Positions 8,971 through 19,144 of a DNA stretch of 60,187 bases are shown one piece after another; position 1 is the stretch's first letter; every line of letters begins with the position of its first letter. Below the pieces are notes generated by a model. That model did no database searches, was not told the origin of the DNA, and saw only the letters and a list, made by a program, of their open reading frames with translations. A program made the position numbers and the translations under genes. Source of the stretch: Candidatus Eiseniibacteriota bacterium (GTDB lineage Bacteria > Eisenbacteria > RBG-16-71-46 > DASYSL01); the NCBI GenBank assembly GCA_031431875.1, contig JANPEF010000040.1, forward strand, positions 1-60,187. The letters run 5' to 3'.

Positions 8971-11648
8971 GCGCCGCCGAGCCAGTCGACGGCGATCGAG
9001 ATCTCGCCCGACGCCCGTTGCGGCGAGTGGATGACGAGGAAGCGATCATCGGGGAGGACGGCCGCTGCAAGGATCCCCGGGGGCACGGGACGAACCTCCC
9101 GCGGCGTGGCGACCTCGCCGGTCGCGGGATCGAAGCGCGCCGCCATGAGCATTCTCGCCATCCCCTGAACGAACCAGATCGTGCGTCCATCGACCGACCA
9201 GAGCGGGGGCGTGAGCGCGCCGCGCGAGACCTGCAGCTTGCCCCCCACCCCGGGATAGGCCCCGACGTAGACCTCGCCCACTCCGGATTCGTCCGACAGC
9301 CACGCCAGCCACCGGCCGTCGGGGGAGAGATTCGCCCCGTTCTCGTGATGCCGCGTCACGACCACGGGACGGGGCTGCGACGAGTCGAAGCGCGATGCGT
9401 AGATGTCCCACCCCGAGTCGCCGCTGACCTGCTGGAACAGGAACTCCGTCCCGTCGGGCGTGACGTCGACCACGTTCTTGAACGGCACGGGGGAGCGGAA
9501 CACGAGCGAGTCTCCGCCCGCACCGTCGACGCGCCGCCGATAGAACTGGCGCAGGCCTTCGCGGTTCAACCCGAACAGGAACGACCGCGAATCGGGCAGG
9601 AACGCTCCGGACTCGGCGATCTCGGTGCCGGTGGTGAGGCGGGTGGCGAGGCTGCGCGCGAGGTCAATCAGCCACAGGTCGCTGGTTCCGGCGTGCGACT
9701 CATCGACCGTCACGTAGCGCCCGTCGGGCGAGACGGCGAGGCCGCTCCACGAGCGTTCGGGGATCCCCGGGACGGGGTCCATCCGCCCGTCGAACGTGAG
9801 GTAGGCGAGCCGGTTCGATCCCGACGGCCCGCTCGTCCACGCCAGTATGCCGTTGCGCGAAACACTTCCCGGGTGCGCGCCGGAGTAACTGGTCGGCGCC
9901 GGAGGGTCGCCGACCACGAAGGGCTCGCCTCGGACGCGGCCGGATCCGGCGTCGAACGCCTGCGCCATGAGCTTCGCATTGACCGCGAAAAGCACATGAC
10001 CCGACGGCGCGTAGATCGGGGCGCCGCTGGCGCGGAGCACCGGCGTCCCGTCGCGCGCGGGGTTGCGGGTCGAACCAATCCATGCGTCGAAGCGGCCTTC
10101 GCGTGCCGGGAGGGTGACGTAGAGAAACCGCTCGCCGTCGGGGAGGAAGCAGGGAAAGCGGTGCGCGGTCTCGTTCGCCGTCGTGTCGACCACGGTGACG
10201 GGCTGCGAGGCGCCTCCCGTCGCGTCCACGCGGTGAAGCGGCCCGCCCGAGGTCGGGGCGAAGACGATCACCCCCTTGGTCCCCCAGCTTCCGCCCCGCG
10301 GGTTCGGCGCGTCGCAGATCGCCTCGGGGTTGCCGCCGCCGATCGTCGCCCGGCGCAGCTTGCCCAGGGCGAAGAATGCGACCGCCTTCCCGTCGGGTGC
10401 CCAGAAGGGGAGCAGGGCGCCCTCGGTGCCGGGCAGCAGCGTCGCCGCGAACGAGTCGAGCGGCCGCAGCCACAGGTTCGACACGCCCAGCGAGTCTGCG
10501 GCGACGAACGCGAGAGTACGACCGTCGGGCGAGAGCGCCAGCATGCACGCATCTCCCGGGATCGTCCATCCGGCGGGGGCCTTGATCGTGTAGCGCAGGG
10601 GCTCGCGCGCCGAGTCGTCCGGGCGGAGCAGCGCCCCCGCGAACCACGCCATGAGCGCGCCCGTGAGCGCGACTGCGGCGAGGACCAGGCTGCGCCGCAG
10701 GCGGCCGCCTGCGGGGGCGTCGACGCGGACCGCGCTCGCGCCGGTCGCACGGATCGCGCTCGAGTCGTGGCCCAGGCGCGAGCTCGCCGGCGCGATCCCC
10801 ATCATCTCCTCGAGCTCGATGCGCGCGTCGCCGATGTCGCGCAAGCGTCGCTTCGCGTCCTTCTCGAGGCAACGCGCGAGCAGCGCCCGCAGCCGCGGCG
10901 GCAGGTCGGACGGCAGCGGCGCGGGGTCGGGCTCGGTCTGCAGGATGCGCGCGATCGAATCCGAGACGGTCTCGCCGGGAAAGGCCTGCTTCGCGGTGAG
11001 GCACTCGTAGAGGAGCGCGCCGAACGACCAGATGTCGGTGCGGCGATCGACGCGCCGCCCGCGCGCCTGCTCGGGGCTCATGTACGCGGCGGTGCCCAGG
11101 ATGACGCCGGCCCCGGTCGCCGCGAACGTGAGCGTCGGCGACTGCTGCGCGCTCGGATCCGAATCCGCGCCGGCGGGCTCGGCGCCGCGGGCGAGACCGA
11201 AGTCGAGCACCTTCGCATCTCCGGCCGGCGTGAGGATCACGTTCCCGGGCTTGAGATCCCGGTGGACGATGCCCGCTTCGTGCGCGGCCTCGAGGGCGGC
11301 CGCGATCTGGCGGCCCACGTCGAGCGTCTCGGCCACGCTGAGCGGTCCGCTCGCCAGGCGTTGCGCCAGGGTCTCACCCTCGACGAACTCGAGCACGAGG
11401 AAGCGATGACCGTCTGCCTCCTCGAGGCCGTGGATGGCGGCGATGTTCGGGTGGACCAGCGCGGCGAGCAGGCGCGCCTCGCGCTCGAAGCGCGCCAGGC
11501 GCTCGGGGTCGCGGGCGAACTCGTCGGGCAGGACCTTGATCGCGATCGGGCGGTCGAGCCGCGGATCACGCGCGCGGTAGACCACGCCCATGCCGCCGCG
11601 GCCGACCTCGCGTTCGACGGGATAGGCGCCGATACGGGATGGATGCAT
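8928..11648 (-). CDS. Membrane Ser/Thr protein kinase with TolB-like (PD40) beta-propeller
   Basis: GRGGMG, AIKVL, HRDLKPGN, DFGLA, YMSPEQ; TM segment; repeated SPDG/LPDG blades. Confidence 0.92.
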   Translation of the reverse strand: MHPSRIGAYPVEREVGRGGMGVVYRARDPRLDRPIAIKVLPDEFARDPERLARFEREARLLAALVHPNIAAIHGLEEADGHRFLVLEFVEGETLAQRLASGPLSVAETLDVGRQIAAALEAAHEAGIVHRDLKPGNVILTPAGDAKVLDFGLARGAEPAGADSDPSAQQSPTLTFAATGAGVILGTAAYMSPEQARGRRVDRRTDIWSFGALLYECLTAKQAFPGETVSDSIARILQTEPDPAPLPSDLPPRLRALLARCLEKDAKRRLRDIGDARIELEEMMGIAPASSRLGHDSSAIRATGASAVRVDAPAGGRLRRSLVLAAVALTGALMAWFAGALLRPDDSAREPLRYTIKAPAGWTIPGDACMLALSPDGRTLAFVAADSLGVSNLWLRPLDSFAATLLPGTEGALLPFWAPDGKAVAFFALGKLRRATIGGGNPEAICDAPNPRGGSWGTKGVIVFAPTSGGPLHRVDATGGASQPVTVVDTTANETAHRFPCFLPDGERFLYVTLPAREGRFDAWIGSTRNPARDGTPVLRASGAPIYAPSGHVLFAVNAKLMAQAFDAGSGRVRGEPFVVGDPPAPTSYSGAHPGSVSRNGILAWTSGPSGSNRLAYLTFDGRMDPVPGIPERSWSGLAVSPDGRYVTVDESHAGTSDLWLIDLARSLATRLTTGTEIAESGAFLPDSRSFLFGLNREGLRQFYRRRVDGAGGDSLVFRSPVPFKNVVDVTPDGTEFLFQQVSGDSGWDIYASRFDSSQPRPVVVTRHHENGANLSPDGRWLAWLSDESGVGEVYVGAYPGVGGKLQVSRGALTPPLWSVDGRTIWFVQGMARMLMAARFDPATGEVATPREVRPVPPGILAAAVLPDDRFLVIHSPQRASGEISIAVDWLGGAQPAAPSAGRNRAR

Positions 11649-11745
11649 GCGCGGGAATGTAACGCATTGGTCGGGCGGCGTCTGCTAGGCTGGCTCGCCC
11701 TCGGTCGTCTCCCGTTCTCTCGGGGCCTCGCCCCCGGAGGTCGCC

Positions 11746-13983
11746 ATGCCCGTACGTGTCCGTCGCGCCGCATCGTCCACCGTTCCGCGTCTCATCTTCG
11801 TCCACGGCGCGGGGGCTCAGCTCCAAGCCCCGCTGCTCCTGCGCGCCTGGGAAACCGCGCTGTTCGGGATGCCCGTGCAGGGCACGCTCGCCGCCCGCCT
11901 GGGCCGACCGCCCGTGCTCGTCGACTACGCGGGCGTGCTGCATCCGCGGACCGCGAGCCGGACGCGCGCCGCGAGCATCCCGCGCGTCGGGCCCGCCGAC
12001 CCCGCGGCGCGAGCCTTCGCCACGCGACTCACCGACGCGCTCGCGCCGAGCGGTGACCGCGGCGCGCTCGTCACCGGGCTTCCGCCGTGGCTGCGCATTC
12101 CTCTGACAAAGCTGATCACCGCGCGCTTCGTGCCCGATGTCACCGCCTACCTGTTCGACGCCGCAGCGCGCGAGCGCATGCGTGGCCCATTGCGCGCCGC
12201 GCTAAGAGCCGAGCGCGGCGACGTCGTTCTGGTCGCGCACAGCCTGGGCAGCGTCATCGCCTACGACGTGCTCCACGAGATCGGCGACGCCGCGCGGGTG
12301 CGCCGCTTCGTCACGCTCGGCTCGCCGCTGGGGATCGAGGAGGTGCAGGACCACCTGCGCCAGGGCGCGGGGCGCCGTCGCAGCGCACGGAACGCAGGGC
12401 TCGCGCTCCCGCCCGGCGTGGCCGAATGGGTGAACCTCGCCGACCGTCTCGACGTGGTGGCGCTCGACGCGACGTTCGCCGACGAGGCGGGCATGGCGGC
12501 GAAGGGCATCCGCGATCGCGCGGTGGTCAATCCGGCGCGCCTGGTGTGGAAGGAAGGCGGCCCGCACGCCGGCGCCGGTTACCTGGCCACGCCCGAGGCG
12601 CGCGAGGAGATCGGCCGCGCACTCGGCTTGCCCGAGAACGCGCTCGCCTACGGGCGCCTGCTCCGGCGCGACGTGCTGGGCGCGATGCTCGATCGCGAAG
12701 CGCGCCACGGCGTGCTCGTCGAGATTCGAGACCCCGTCGCCTATCCGGAGCCGAAGGCGACGAGCGCGTCGACGACCCGGAAGCCCGCCGACCTCGACAC
12801 CTACCGCGATGTGCTGGTGACGAAGATCGAGGCCGTCGTGCGGGGCGGGCGCACGCGCGCCGATGCCGACTTGCACGCCGCCGCGATCGATCCCCTGCGG
12901 CGCTTCGTCGCGGCGCGGCTGACCGCGAGCGAGATCGAGGAACTCGTGGTCGCCGGTCGGGCCGAGGTCTACTGCGTGTGGAAGAACGCGACCAAGCGCG
13001 CGCTGCTGCATCGCTCGCCCGCCGTCGTCCATGCGCCGGCCGGGCGTGCGACGTATGGCGCCGACGGCCGGAACGTGACGTGGGCCATCCTCGACACCGG
13101 GATCGACGCGGCGCATCCGCACTTCGCGGGGCTCACGGACACGTTGCAGATGTTCGACTGCACGAAGCCGGGCGCGCCGCGCCTGATCGCGAAGCCGACC
13201 GACGTGCAGGGACACGGCACGCACGTCGCCGGGATCGTCGCCGGCGAGGGCGACGACGAGGGGCGCCCGCTCGCCGCCGTCGCGCCGAAGGCGAAGCTCG
13301 TCGTCTACAAGGTGCTGAGCGACAGCGGCGAGGGCGACGACAGCTGGATCATCAAGGCGCTCGATCACATCGCCGGGACGAACGAGAAGTCGGCCGACCT
13401 GGTCGTCGCCGGCGTGAACCTGAGCCTCGGCGGCTCCTTCGACGCGTCGGTCTACGGCGTGGGCCACTCGCCGCTGTGCCAGGAGCTGCGACGCCTGTGG
13501 CGGCAGGGCGTGCTCGCGGTCGTGGCCTGCGGCAACGACGGCCGCGTGCGCGTGCGCACCGAGGGGGACGACTCGTTCGACCTCAACCCGGTCGTGGCGG
13601 TAGGCGACCCGGCGAACCTCGAGGAATGCATCGCGGTTGGTTCGGTGCACGCCGATCGGCCGCACGTCTACGGCGTGTCGTACTTCAGCTCGCGCGGCCC
13701 GACCGCCGACGGTCGCGCCAAGCCCGACGTCGTGGCACCCGGCGAGAACATCCGCTCGTGCCGCGCCGGCACGAAAGAGTACGTGGCGATGAGCGGGACC
13801 AGCATGGCCGCACCGCATGTCTCCGGCCTGCTGGCGGCGTTCCTGTCCGCGCGTCCGGAGTTCATCGGCCGGCCCGACGAGGTGAAGCGCATGCTGCTGG
13901 CGCATTGCACGGACCTGGGGCGCGATCGCTACGTGCAGGGCATGGGCGTCCCGAACCTGCTGCGGATGTTGTCGGGGACCTGA
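11746..13983 (+). CDS. Alpha/beta-hydrolase - S8 subtilase fusion protein
   Basis: N-terminal IFVHG, AHSLG, TLGSPL, D.LDVV, GPH; C-terminal LDTGID, HGTHVAG, GTSMAAP; no signal peptide. Confidence 0.85.
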   Translation: MPVRVRRAASSTVPRLIFVHGAGAQLQAPLLLRAWETALFGMPVQGTLAARLGRPPVLVDYAGVLHPRTASRTRAASIPRVGPADPAARAFATRLTDALAPSGDRGALVTGLPPWLRIPLTKLITARFVPDVTAYLFDAAARERMRGPLRAALRAERGDVVLVAHSLGSVIAYDVLHEIGDAARVRRFVTLGSPLGIEEVQDHLRQGAGRRRSARNAGLALPPGVAEWVNLADRLDVVALDATFADEAGMAAKGIRDRAVVNPARLVWKEGGPHAGAGYLATPEAREEIGRALGLPENALAYGRLLRRDVLGAMLDREARHGVLVEIRDPVAYPEPKATSASTTRKPADLDTYRDVLVTKIEAVVRGGRTRADADLHAAAIDPLRRFVAARLTASEIEELVVAGRAEVYCVWKNATKRALLHRSPAVVHAPAGRATYGADGRNVTWAILDTGIDAAHPHFAGLTDTLQMFDCTKPGAPRLIAKPTDVQGHGTHVAGIVAGEGDDEGRPLAAVAPKAKLVVYKVLSDSGEGDDSWIIKALDHIAGTNEKSADLVVAGVNLSLGGSFDASVYGVGHSPLCQELRRLWRQGVLAVVACGNDGRVRVRTEGDDSFDLNPVVAVGDPANLEECIAVGSVHADRPHVYGVSYFSSRGPTADGRAKPDVVAPGENIRSCRAGTKEYVAMSGTSMAAPHVSGLLAAFLSARPEFIGRPDEVKRMLLAHCTDLGRDRYVQGMGVPNLLRMLSGT

Positions 13984-13996
13984 GCCGGATCGCCGG

Positions 13997-14392
13997 CTAC
14001 GCGCGGTCCAGCGGATCGAACGGCCCGCGGAACAGCAGCATCGCGTACCCGATCGCGAGCGCCAACACCGGCGCGGCGAGGAGCCAGATCACGGCCGGCA
14101 TGCCGGGGCGCAGGACGACGCGGACCAGGACCAGCGCACTTACGAGGAAGAGAACGAAGTTCGGGTACACGACGGGACGGCCGTAGATTCCGCCGAGCAG
14201 CGTCGTGCGGTGCGACCAGTTGAGGGCGGCCATCCCCAGCCAGGCCGCGCCCAGCAATGAGCCGATCCACGCGGCCCCCGGCGGGAACCCCGAGACCAGG
14301 CGCCCGAGGACGACGTCCGGCGCGAACAGCATCAGGAGCCCGCCGACGAACAGGACGATCGCGCTGGCGTGCGTGATGCGCGAGGAGATCAT
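13997..14392 (-). CDS. Small 4-TM membrane protein
   Basis: MISSRITHAS... four hydrophobic segments; ATGA overlap with the HIT gene. Confidence 0.7.
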   Translation of the reverse strand: MISSRITHASAIVLFVGGLLMLFAPDVVLGRLVSGFPPGAAWIGSLLGAAWLGMAALNWSHRTTLLGGIYGRPVVYPNFVLFLVSALVLVRVVLRPGMPAVIWLLAAPVLALAIGYAMLLFRGPFDPLDRA

Positions 14393-14826
14393 GGCGTGGG
14401 CGACAGCGCCGCACGCAACGCATCGCGCAGGGGTCCGTGCTCGGCGGGGGAGAACTTCGGCGCGTTCGCCCAGTCGTAGAACCACACCGGCGCCCGACGC
14501 CGTTCGTCGGGCTCGTGCGCGAAGCGCGGGAACACGTGCGCATGCAGTTCGGGATCGACGTTGCCGAGGATCTCGTAGTTGATGCGCAGCGCCCCGGTCA
14601 CCGCGAGCACCGCATCGCCCAGGCGGGCCAGGTCGCGGAGGTACTCGCTGCGGGCGGGCTCGACCAGGTCGTTGAGGCTCGGCACGACCGGATCGGGCAG
14701 GAGGATGCAGTAGCCCGGAAGAAATTGGACGTCGCCCATCACGACCCAGCCCGAGGGAACCCGGCAGACGAGCGATGCATTCGTTCCAGCTCGAGCTTGC
14801 GCGACCCTTTCGGTGATGGTACCCAT
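14389..14826 (-). CDS. HIT family hydrolase
   Basis: GYCILLP, INYEILGN..PELHAHVFPR; ATG after GAGGG. Confidence 0.8.
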   Translation of the reverse strand: MGTITERVAQARAGTNASLVCRVPSGWVVMGDVQFLPGYCILLPDPVVPSLNDLVEPARSEYLRDLARLGDAVLAVTGALRINYEILGNVDPELHAHVFPRFAHEPDERRRAPVWFYDWANAPKFSPAEHGPLRDALRAALSPTP

Positions 14827-14954
14827 CGACCCTCGCTTTCTCGCGGGAGGCGCCCGATCCAGGGCGCCTGTTCGGATGGGGGCCGCTCGCCCCCAGGAAC
14901 GACCGTGCCCGTCCGGGTGCGATCGCTGACCACCCGTACCATGGGGGCAGCTCC

Positions 14955-15566
14955 ATGAAGAAAGCGAAAGCAAGAATTTCCAGCGGGCCCTGCGGGCCGC
15001 TCGCCACTGCGCAGGCGGGGACGATCGATCAGTTCGCAAAGCTCGTCCGGCGTGAGCTCGCGCCGGTGCTTGGCGCGGCCGGATTGCGCCAGGTCCGCTT
15101 CGAGACGGCGATCGCCACGACGGTTGGGGGTGGCGTGGTCGCATACGCCCCCGTGCGTTCGCCCAAGCCGATGAACCTCGATCGCATCAGGCGGGAGGCC
15201 CCGATCGTCGCCGTGTTCGCCAACTCGATTCCGCTCATCGATCGCGTGGCCATGAGGGCACTGCCCCCGGCCGTTTATGCGCTGCAGCTGCGCCCGCTCG
15301 GCGGGGACTCCCTGGCATTCGACTTCCTCGCCACGAAGGGCCACCCCGCATTCTCGACCGGCGCGAACCCGATCGTGGCCCGGCAACAGGGCGGATCGAA
15401 CGAGCCCATCACGAAGGGCATCGACATCGAATTCGATTGGCCCGGCCCCGGGGGCGATCCGTTGTGGCCACCGCCGGGCAATGGACTCCTGTGCATCTCG
15501 TACGGGGACTGGAAGAAGTGCTGGCACTGGGGCTGGCCTGAGATCAACTGGCCCGATTGGTTCTAG
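14955..15566 (+). CDS. Hypothetical protein with Trp/Pro-rich C-terminus
   Basis: Fills the gap, GGGGG RBS-like sequence, protein-like composition; no recognised family. Confidence 0.55.
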   Translation: MKKAKARISSGPCGPLATAQAGTIDQFAKLVRRELAPVLGAAGLRQVRFETAIATTVGGGVVAYAPVRSPKPMNLDRIRREAPIVAVFANSIPLIDRVAMRALPPAVYALQLRPLGGDSLAFDFLATKGHPAFSTGANPIVARQQGGSNEPITKGIDIEFDWPGPGGDPLWPPPGNGLLCISYGDWKKCWHWGWPEINWPDWF

Positions 15567-15656
15567 TTGCGTGTCCGCGCCGTCGGCCGAAGTCCGGCCA
15601 CGGCGCGGTTGGCATTGCGGCAGCACACGGGGCGCAATTCCCCGGCATCGTGTACC

Positions 15657-18137
15657 ATGCCCCGAATGGAAATGCTCCGCTCGAACGCCGCCCGCGCCGC
15701 CGCTCCGGCCTCGCCCCCCGATTCCGCGCTGGCGCGGGCCATCATCGACAACCTGATCCGCCGCCAGGCCCACTCCCCGGAGGGGGCCTCGACGCACGAC
15801 TGGTACATGGCCGTCGCCTACACGGTGCGCGACCGCCTGCTCGATCGCTGGCTCAAGACCATTCGCGAGGTGCCGCGCGACGACGTGCGCGTCGTGGCCT
15901 ACATGTCGGCCGAGTTCCTCACCGGCTCGCACCTCGAGAATCACCTGATCAACCTCGACCTGCTCGAGCCCATGCGCGCCGCGGTCGCGGAGCTCGACCT
16001 CGACTTCGACCGCATCGCGGCCGAGGAGGAGGAGCCCGGGCTCGGCCACGGCGGGCTCGGGCGGCTGGCGGCGTGCTTCATGGATTCGCTGTCGACGCTG
16101 CAGGTGCCCGCGATCGGCTACGGCATCCGCTACGAGTACGGCATCTTCGACCAGGTGATCGAGGCCGGCGAGCAGCGCGAGGTCGCCGATCGCTGGCTGC
16201 ACGGCGGCAATCCCTGGGAGGTCGAGCGGCCCGAGGCCGGCGTCGAGGTTTCGCTCGGCGGGCGCACCGAGGCATGGATCGACGATCGCGGTCAGCCGCG
16301 TGTCCGCTGGATCCCGGAGCGGGTGATCACGGGCATTCCGTACGACACGCTGATCTCGGGCTACCGGGTGGAGCGGGCGAACATGTTGCGCCTGTGGAAA
16401 GCCGAAGCGCGCGAGTCGTTCGACTTCCAGACGTTCAACCGCGGCGATTACGTCGGCGCCGTCGATCAGGCGATCACCTCCGAGACGATCAGCAAGGTGC
16501 TGTATCCGAACGACGACGTCGCGCGCGGCAAGCAGCTGCGCCTCGAGCAACAGTACTTCTTCGTCGCCTGCTCGCTCGCGGACATGCTGCGCTACCACCT
16601 GTCGCTCGGCCGGCCGCTCGAATCCTTCCCCGACAAGTTCGCGGTGCAGCTCAACGACACGCATCCGTCGATCGCGGTCGCCGAGCTCTTCCGGCTGCTG
16701 ATCGACGTGCACGACGTCGAGCCCGATCGCGCCTGGGACCTGGTGCGCCGCACTTTCGCCTACACCAATCACACGCTGATGCCCGAGGCGCTCGAGCGCT
16801 GGCCGCTGCCGCTGTTCCGCTCCGTCCTGCCCCGGCATCTCGAGCTGATCACCGACATCGACCGTCGCCTGCGCGCCGAGATCGCGGCGCGATTTCCGGG
16901 CGACGGCGCTCGCGCCGAACGGATGGCGATCGTCGACCACGACGGCGAGGGCCACGTGCGCATGGCCCACCTGGCCAGCGCGGGCAGCCACGCGATCAAC
17001 GGCGTGGCGCGCCTGCATACCGAACTGCTCGAGCGCGACGTGCTGCGCGACTTCTTCGAGCTGTGGCCCGACAGGTTCACCAGCGTGACCAACGGCGTCA
17101 CCCCGCGCCGGTTCCTGGCACTCGCGGATCCCGACCTGACCGCGCTGCTGACGCGCACGCTGGGCGACGGCTGGTTGTCCGACATCGAGACCGCGCTGCC
17201 GCGGCTCGAGACCCGGATCGGCGATGCGGAGTTCCGCGCCGAGTGGCGGGCGATCAAGCGGCGCAACAAGGAGCAGCTCGCCGAGTACGTGCAGGCGACG
17301 ATGGGGCTCACCATCGATCCTGGGTCGCTGTTCGACATCCAGTGCAAGCGCTTCCATGAGTACAAGCGCCAGCACCTGAACGCGCTGCACGTGATCACGC
17401 AGGCGCGCCGGCTCAAGCGCGGCGAGGGGCGCGACCTGCCGCCGCGCACCGTGATCCTCTCGGGCAAGGCCGCGCCGGGCTACTACATGGCGAAGCTCGT
17501 CATCCGGTTGCTGCACGGGGTGGCGCGCGCGGTGAACGACGATCCGGAAGTCGCGCCGTGGCTCAAGGTCGCGTTCGTGCCCAACTTCAACGTGACGGTG
17601 GCGCAGAAGCTCTATCCGGCGGGCGACCTGTCCGAGCAGATCTCGACGGCGGGCAAGGAGGCGTCGGGAACCGGCAACATGAAGTTCGCGCTCAACGGCG
17701 CGCTGACGATCGGCACGCTCGACGGAGCGAACGTCGAGATCCGCGAGGCGGTGGGGGCCGACAATTTCTTCCTCTTCGGCCTGACGACCGACGAGGTCGC
17801 GGCGGTCAAGTCCCGCGGCTACGAACCACGCCGGCACTACGACGAGGACGGCGAACTGCGCGAGGCGATCGACGCGATCGCGAACGGTGAGTTCTCCGAC
17901 GGCGATCACGACGTGTTCCGCCCGCTCGTCGATCACCTGCTGAACCGCGACGATTTCCTGCTGCTCGCCGACTACCGCGCCTACGTCGACATGCAGGGGG
18001 AGGTCCTCCGGGCCTACGCCGACGTCGAGCGCTGGACGACGATGTCGATCCTCAATACCGCCCGGAGCGGGCGATTCTCGTCGGATCGCTCGATCCGCGA
18101 GTATCGGGAGAGAATCTGGCGGGTCGGGGCGCCCTGA
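15657..18137 (+). CDS. glgP: Glycogen/starch phosphorylase
   Basis: GGLGRLAACF, QLNDTHP, YTNHT, NGVA, KRFHEYKRQ, EASGTGNMK (PLP), FSSDRSI; exact start uncertain (15657/15666/15672). Confidence 0.95.
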   Translation: MPRMEMLRSNAARAAAPASPPDSALARAIIDNLIRRQAHSPEGASTHDWYMAVAYTVRDRLLDRWLKTIREVPRDDVRVVAYMSAEFLTGSHLENHLINLDLLEPMRAAVAELDLDFDRIAAEEEEPGLGHGGLGRLAACFMDSLSTLQVPAIGYGIRYEYGIFDQVIEAGEQREVADRWLHGGNPWEVERPEAGVEVSLGGRTEAWIDDRGQPRVRWIPERVITGIPYDTLISGYRVERANMLRLWKAEARESFDFQTFNRGDYVGAVDQAITSETISKVLYPNDDVARGKQLRLEQQYFFVACSLADMLRYHLSLGRPLESFPDKFAVQLNDTHPSIAVAELFRLLIDVHDVEPDRAWDLVRRTFAYTNHTLMPEALERWPLPLFRSVLPRHLELITDIDRRLRAEIAARFPGDGARAERMAIVDHDGEGHVRMAHLASAGSHAINGVARLHTELLERDVLRDFFELWPDRFTSVTNGVTPRRFLALADPDLTALLTRTLGDGWLSDIETALPRLETRIGDAEFRAEWRAIKRRNKEQLAEYVQATMGLTIDPGSLFDIQCKRFHEYKRQHLNALHVITQARRLKRGEGRDLPPRTVILSGKAAPGYYMAKLVIRLLHGVARAVNDDPEVAPWLKVAFVPNFNVTVAQKLYPAGDLSEQISTAGKEASGTGNMKFALNGALTIGTLDGANVEIREAVGADNFFLFGLTTDEVAAVKSRGYEPRRHYDEDGELREAIDAIANGEFSDGDHDVFRPLVDHLLNRDDFLLLADYRAYVDMQGEVLRAYADVERWTTMSILNTARSGRFSSDRSIREYRERIWRVGAP

Positions 18138-18221
18138 GCGGGAGGGGGCCGGAACCGGGACCTTGCAAGATTCCTGTCCGGGGGCTGGACGGCCCCGGTG
18201 GGCGGGTCTAGACTTTCACCC

Positions 18222-18707
18222 GTGAGACCCGATCGGACCCACGCCGTTCGCGCGCTGCTCGTTGTCCTCGCCCTCGCCGTATCCCTGCGCGAGGCCGGGT
18301 CCGCCGCGTGTCAGAGCCTGTGTCCGTGGGGCGCGTTCACCGTCGAAGGACCGGTCGCCGTCGCCGCTGCACCGTCGTGCGGTGCCTGTGCTGCGCGTGA
18401 TGGAGCGACCGCCGACGAGCCGTCCGGCTGCGCGCTCCCCTGTTCGCCGGACAAGCCCTGCCCGCTGTTCGCCTCGCCGCCGCCCGCCCTGGTCGAGCGG
18501 CCCAGCGTCTCCGCGACGACGGCCGATCTGCGCCATGCCACGGTCGGTCCGATCGAGGTGCCTCCTGGTGCGGCGCTCGTGGCCGCGGACTGCGATCCGC
18601 ACGCGGAGGTCGTCGCTGCACGACTGGCTCGATCGCCGGCGACTTCTGCCACCCGGCCGCACCTCGACTCGGCGCTCTGGCTCCACGATCGCGCGCTGCT
18701 GATCTGA
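18222..18707 (+). CDS. Cys-rich exported hypothetical protein ending in ...RALLI
   Basis: Hydrophobic N-terminus, CxxxC/CxxC clusters; start (GTG 18222) uncertain. Confidence 0.55.
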   Translation: MRPDRTHAVRALLVVLALAVSLREAGSAACQSLCPWGAFTVEGPVAVAAAPSCGACAARDGATADEPSGCALPCSPDKPCPLFASPPPALVERPSVSATTADLRHATVGPIEVPPGAALVAADCDPHAEVVAARLARSPATSATRPHLDSALWLHDRALLI

Positions 18708-18873
18708 GCCGGCGCGAGCTCGCCTCGCCCCCGCACGATACGCTGCGCGCGTGCGATGCGGTTTGCCGCCCCCGTGGACGGGGCCGGCATGTGCACTCGG
18801 ATCACGCGTGAAGAATCCGGACTCCACTCGGGCGCCGAAACGGACCAACCGTCCGCCGCCCCGGGAGAACCTC

Positions 18874-19044
18874 ATGAACCTGTTCGGAAGTCTCGCCCTC
18901 GCGGGCACCCTGCTGAGCGCGCCGGTGGCCCTCGCCCCGGCGACTGCGACGGAGACGAACGCGACCATGTCGGCCGCATCGTGCGACATGCCATCGTGCC
19001 CGTCGTGCGACGCGTGCCCCTGCGGCATGGACTGCACGCAGTAG
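18874..19044 (+). CDS. 56-aa secreted Cys/Met-rich mini-protein (putative metal binder)
   Basis: RBS GGAG; signal peptide MNLFGSLALAGTLLSAPVALA; tail MSAASCDMPSCPSCDACPCGMDCTQ. Confidence 0.7.
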   Translation: MNLFGSLALAGTLLSAPVALAPATATETNATMSAASCDMPSCPSCDACPCGMDCTQ

Positions 19045-19080
19045 GCGAACCGCCCGACGCGCGTGACCATCGCGCGTCCT

Positions 19081-19129
19081 GAAAAGACGACGCCGGTCGG
19101 TCCGTGAGGATCGGCCGGCGTTGTGCTTG
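19081..19129. terminator. Hairpin between convergent genes (possibly bidirectional terminator)
   Basis: ACGACGCCGGTCGGTCC-GTGA-GGATCGGCCGGCGTTGT, preceded by GAAAAG. Confidence 0.6.
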
Positions 19130-19144
19130 TGCGGCGGCGAGGAC

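Noticed and set aside
8205..12056. 1283-aa plus-strand ORF
   Set aside because: Antisense shadow of the Ser/Thr kinase in high-GC DNA; Arg/Gly/Ala-rich with no motifs. The same applies to 14739-17936, 19121-21691, 28892-31057 and similar long overlaps.
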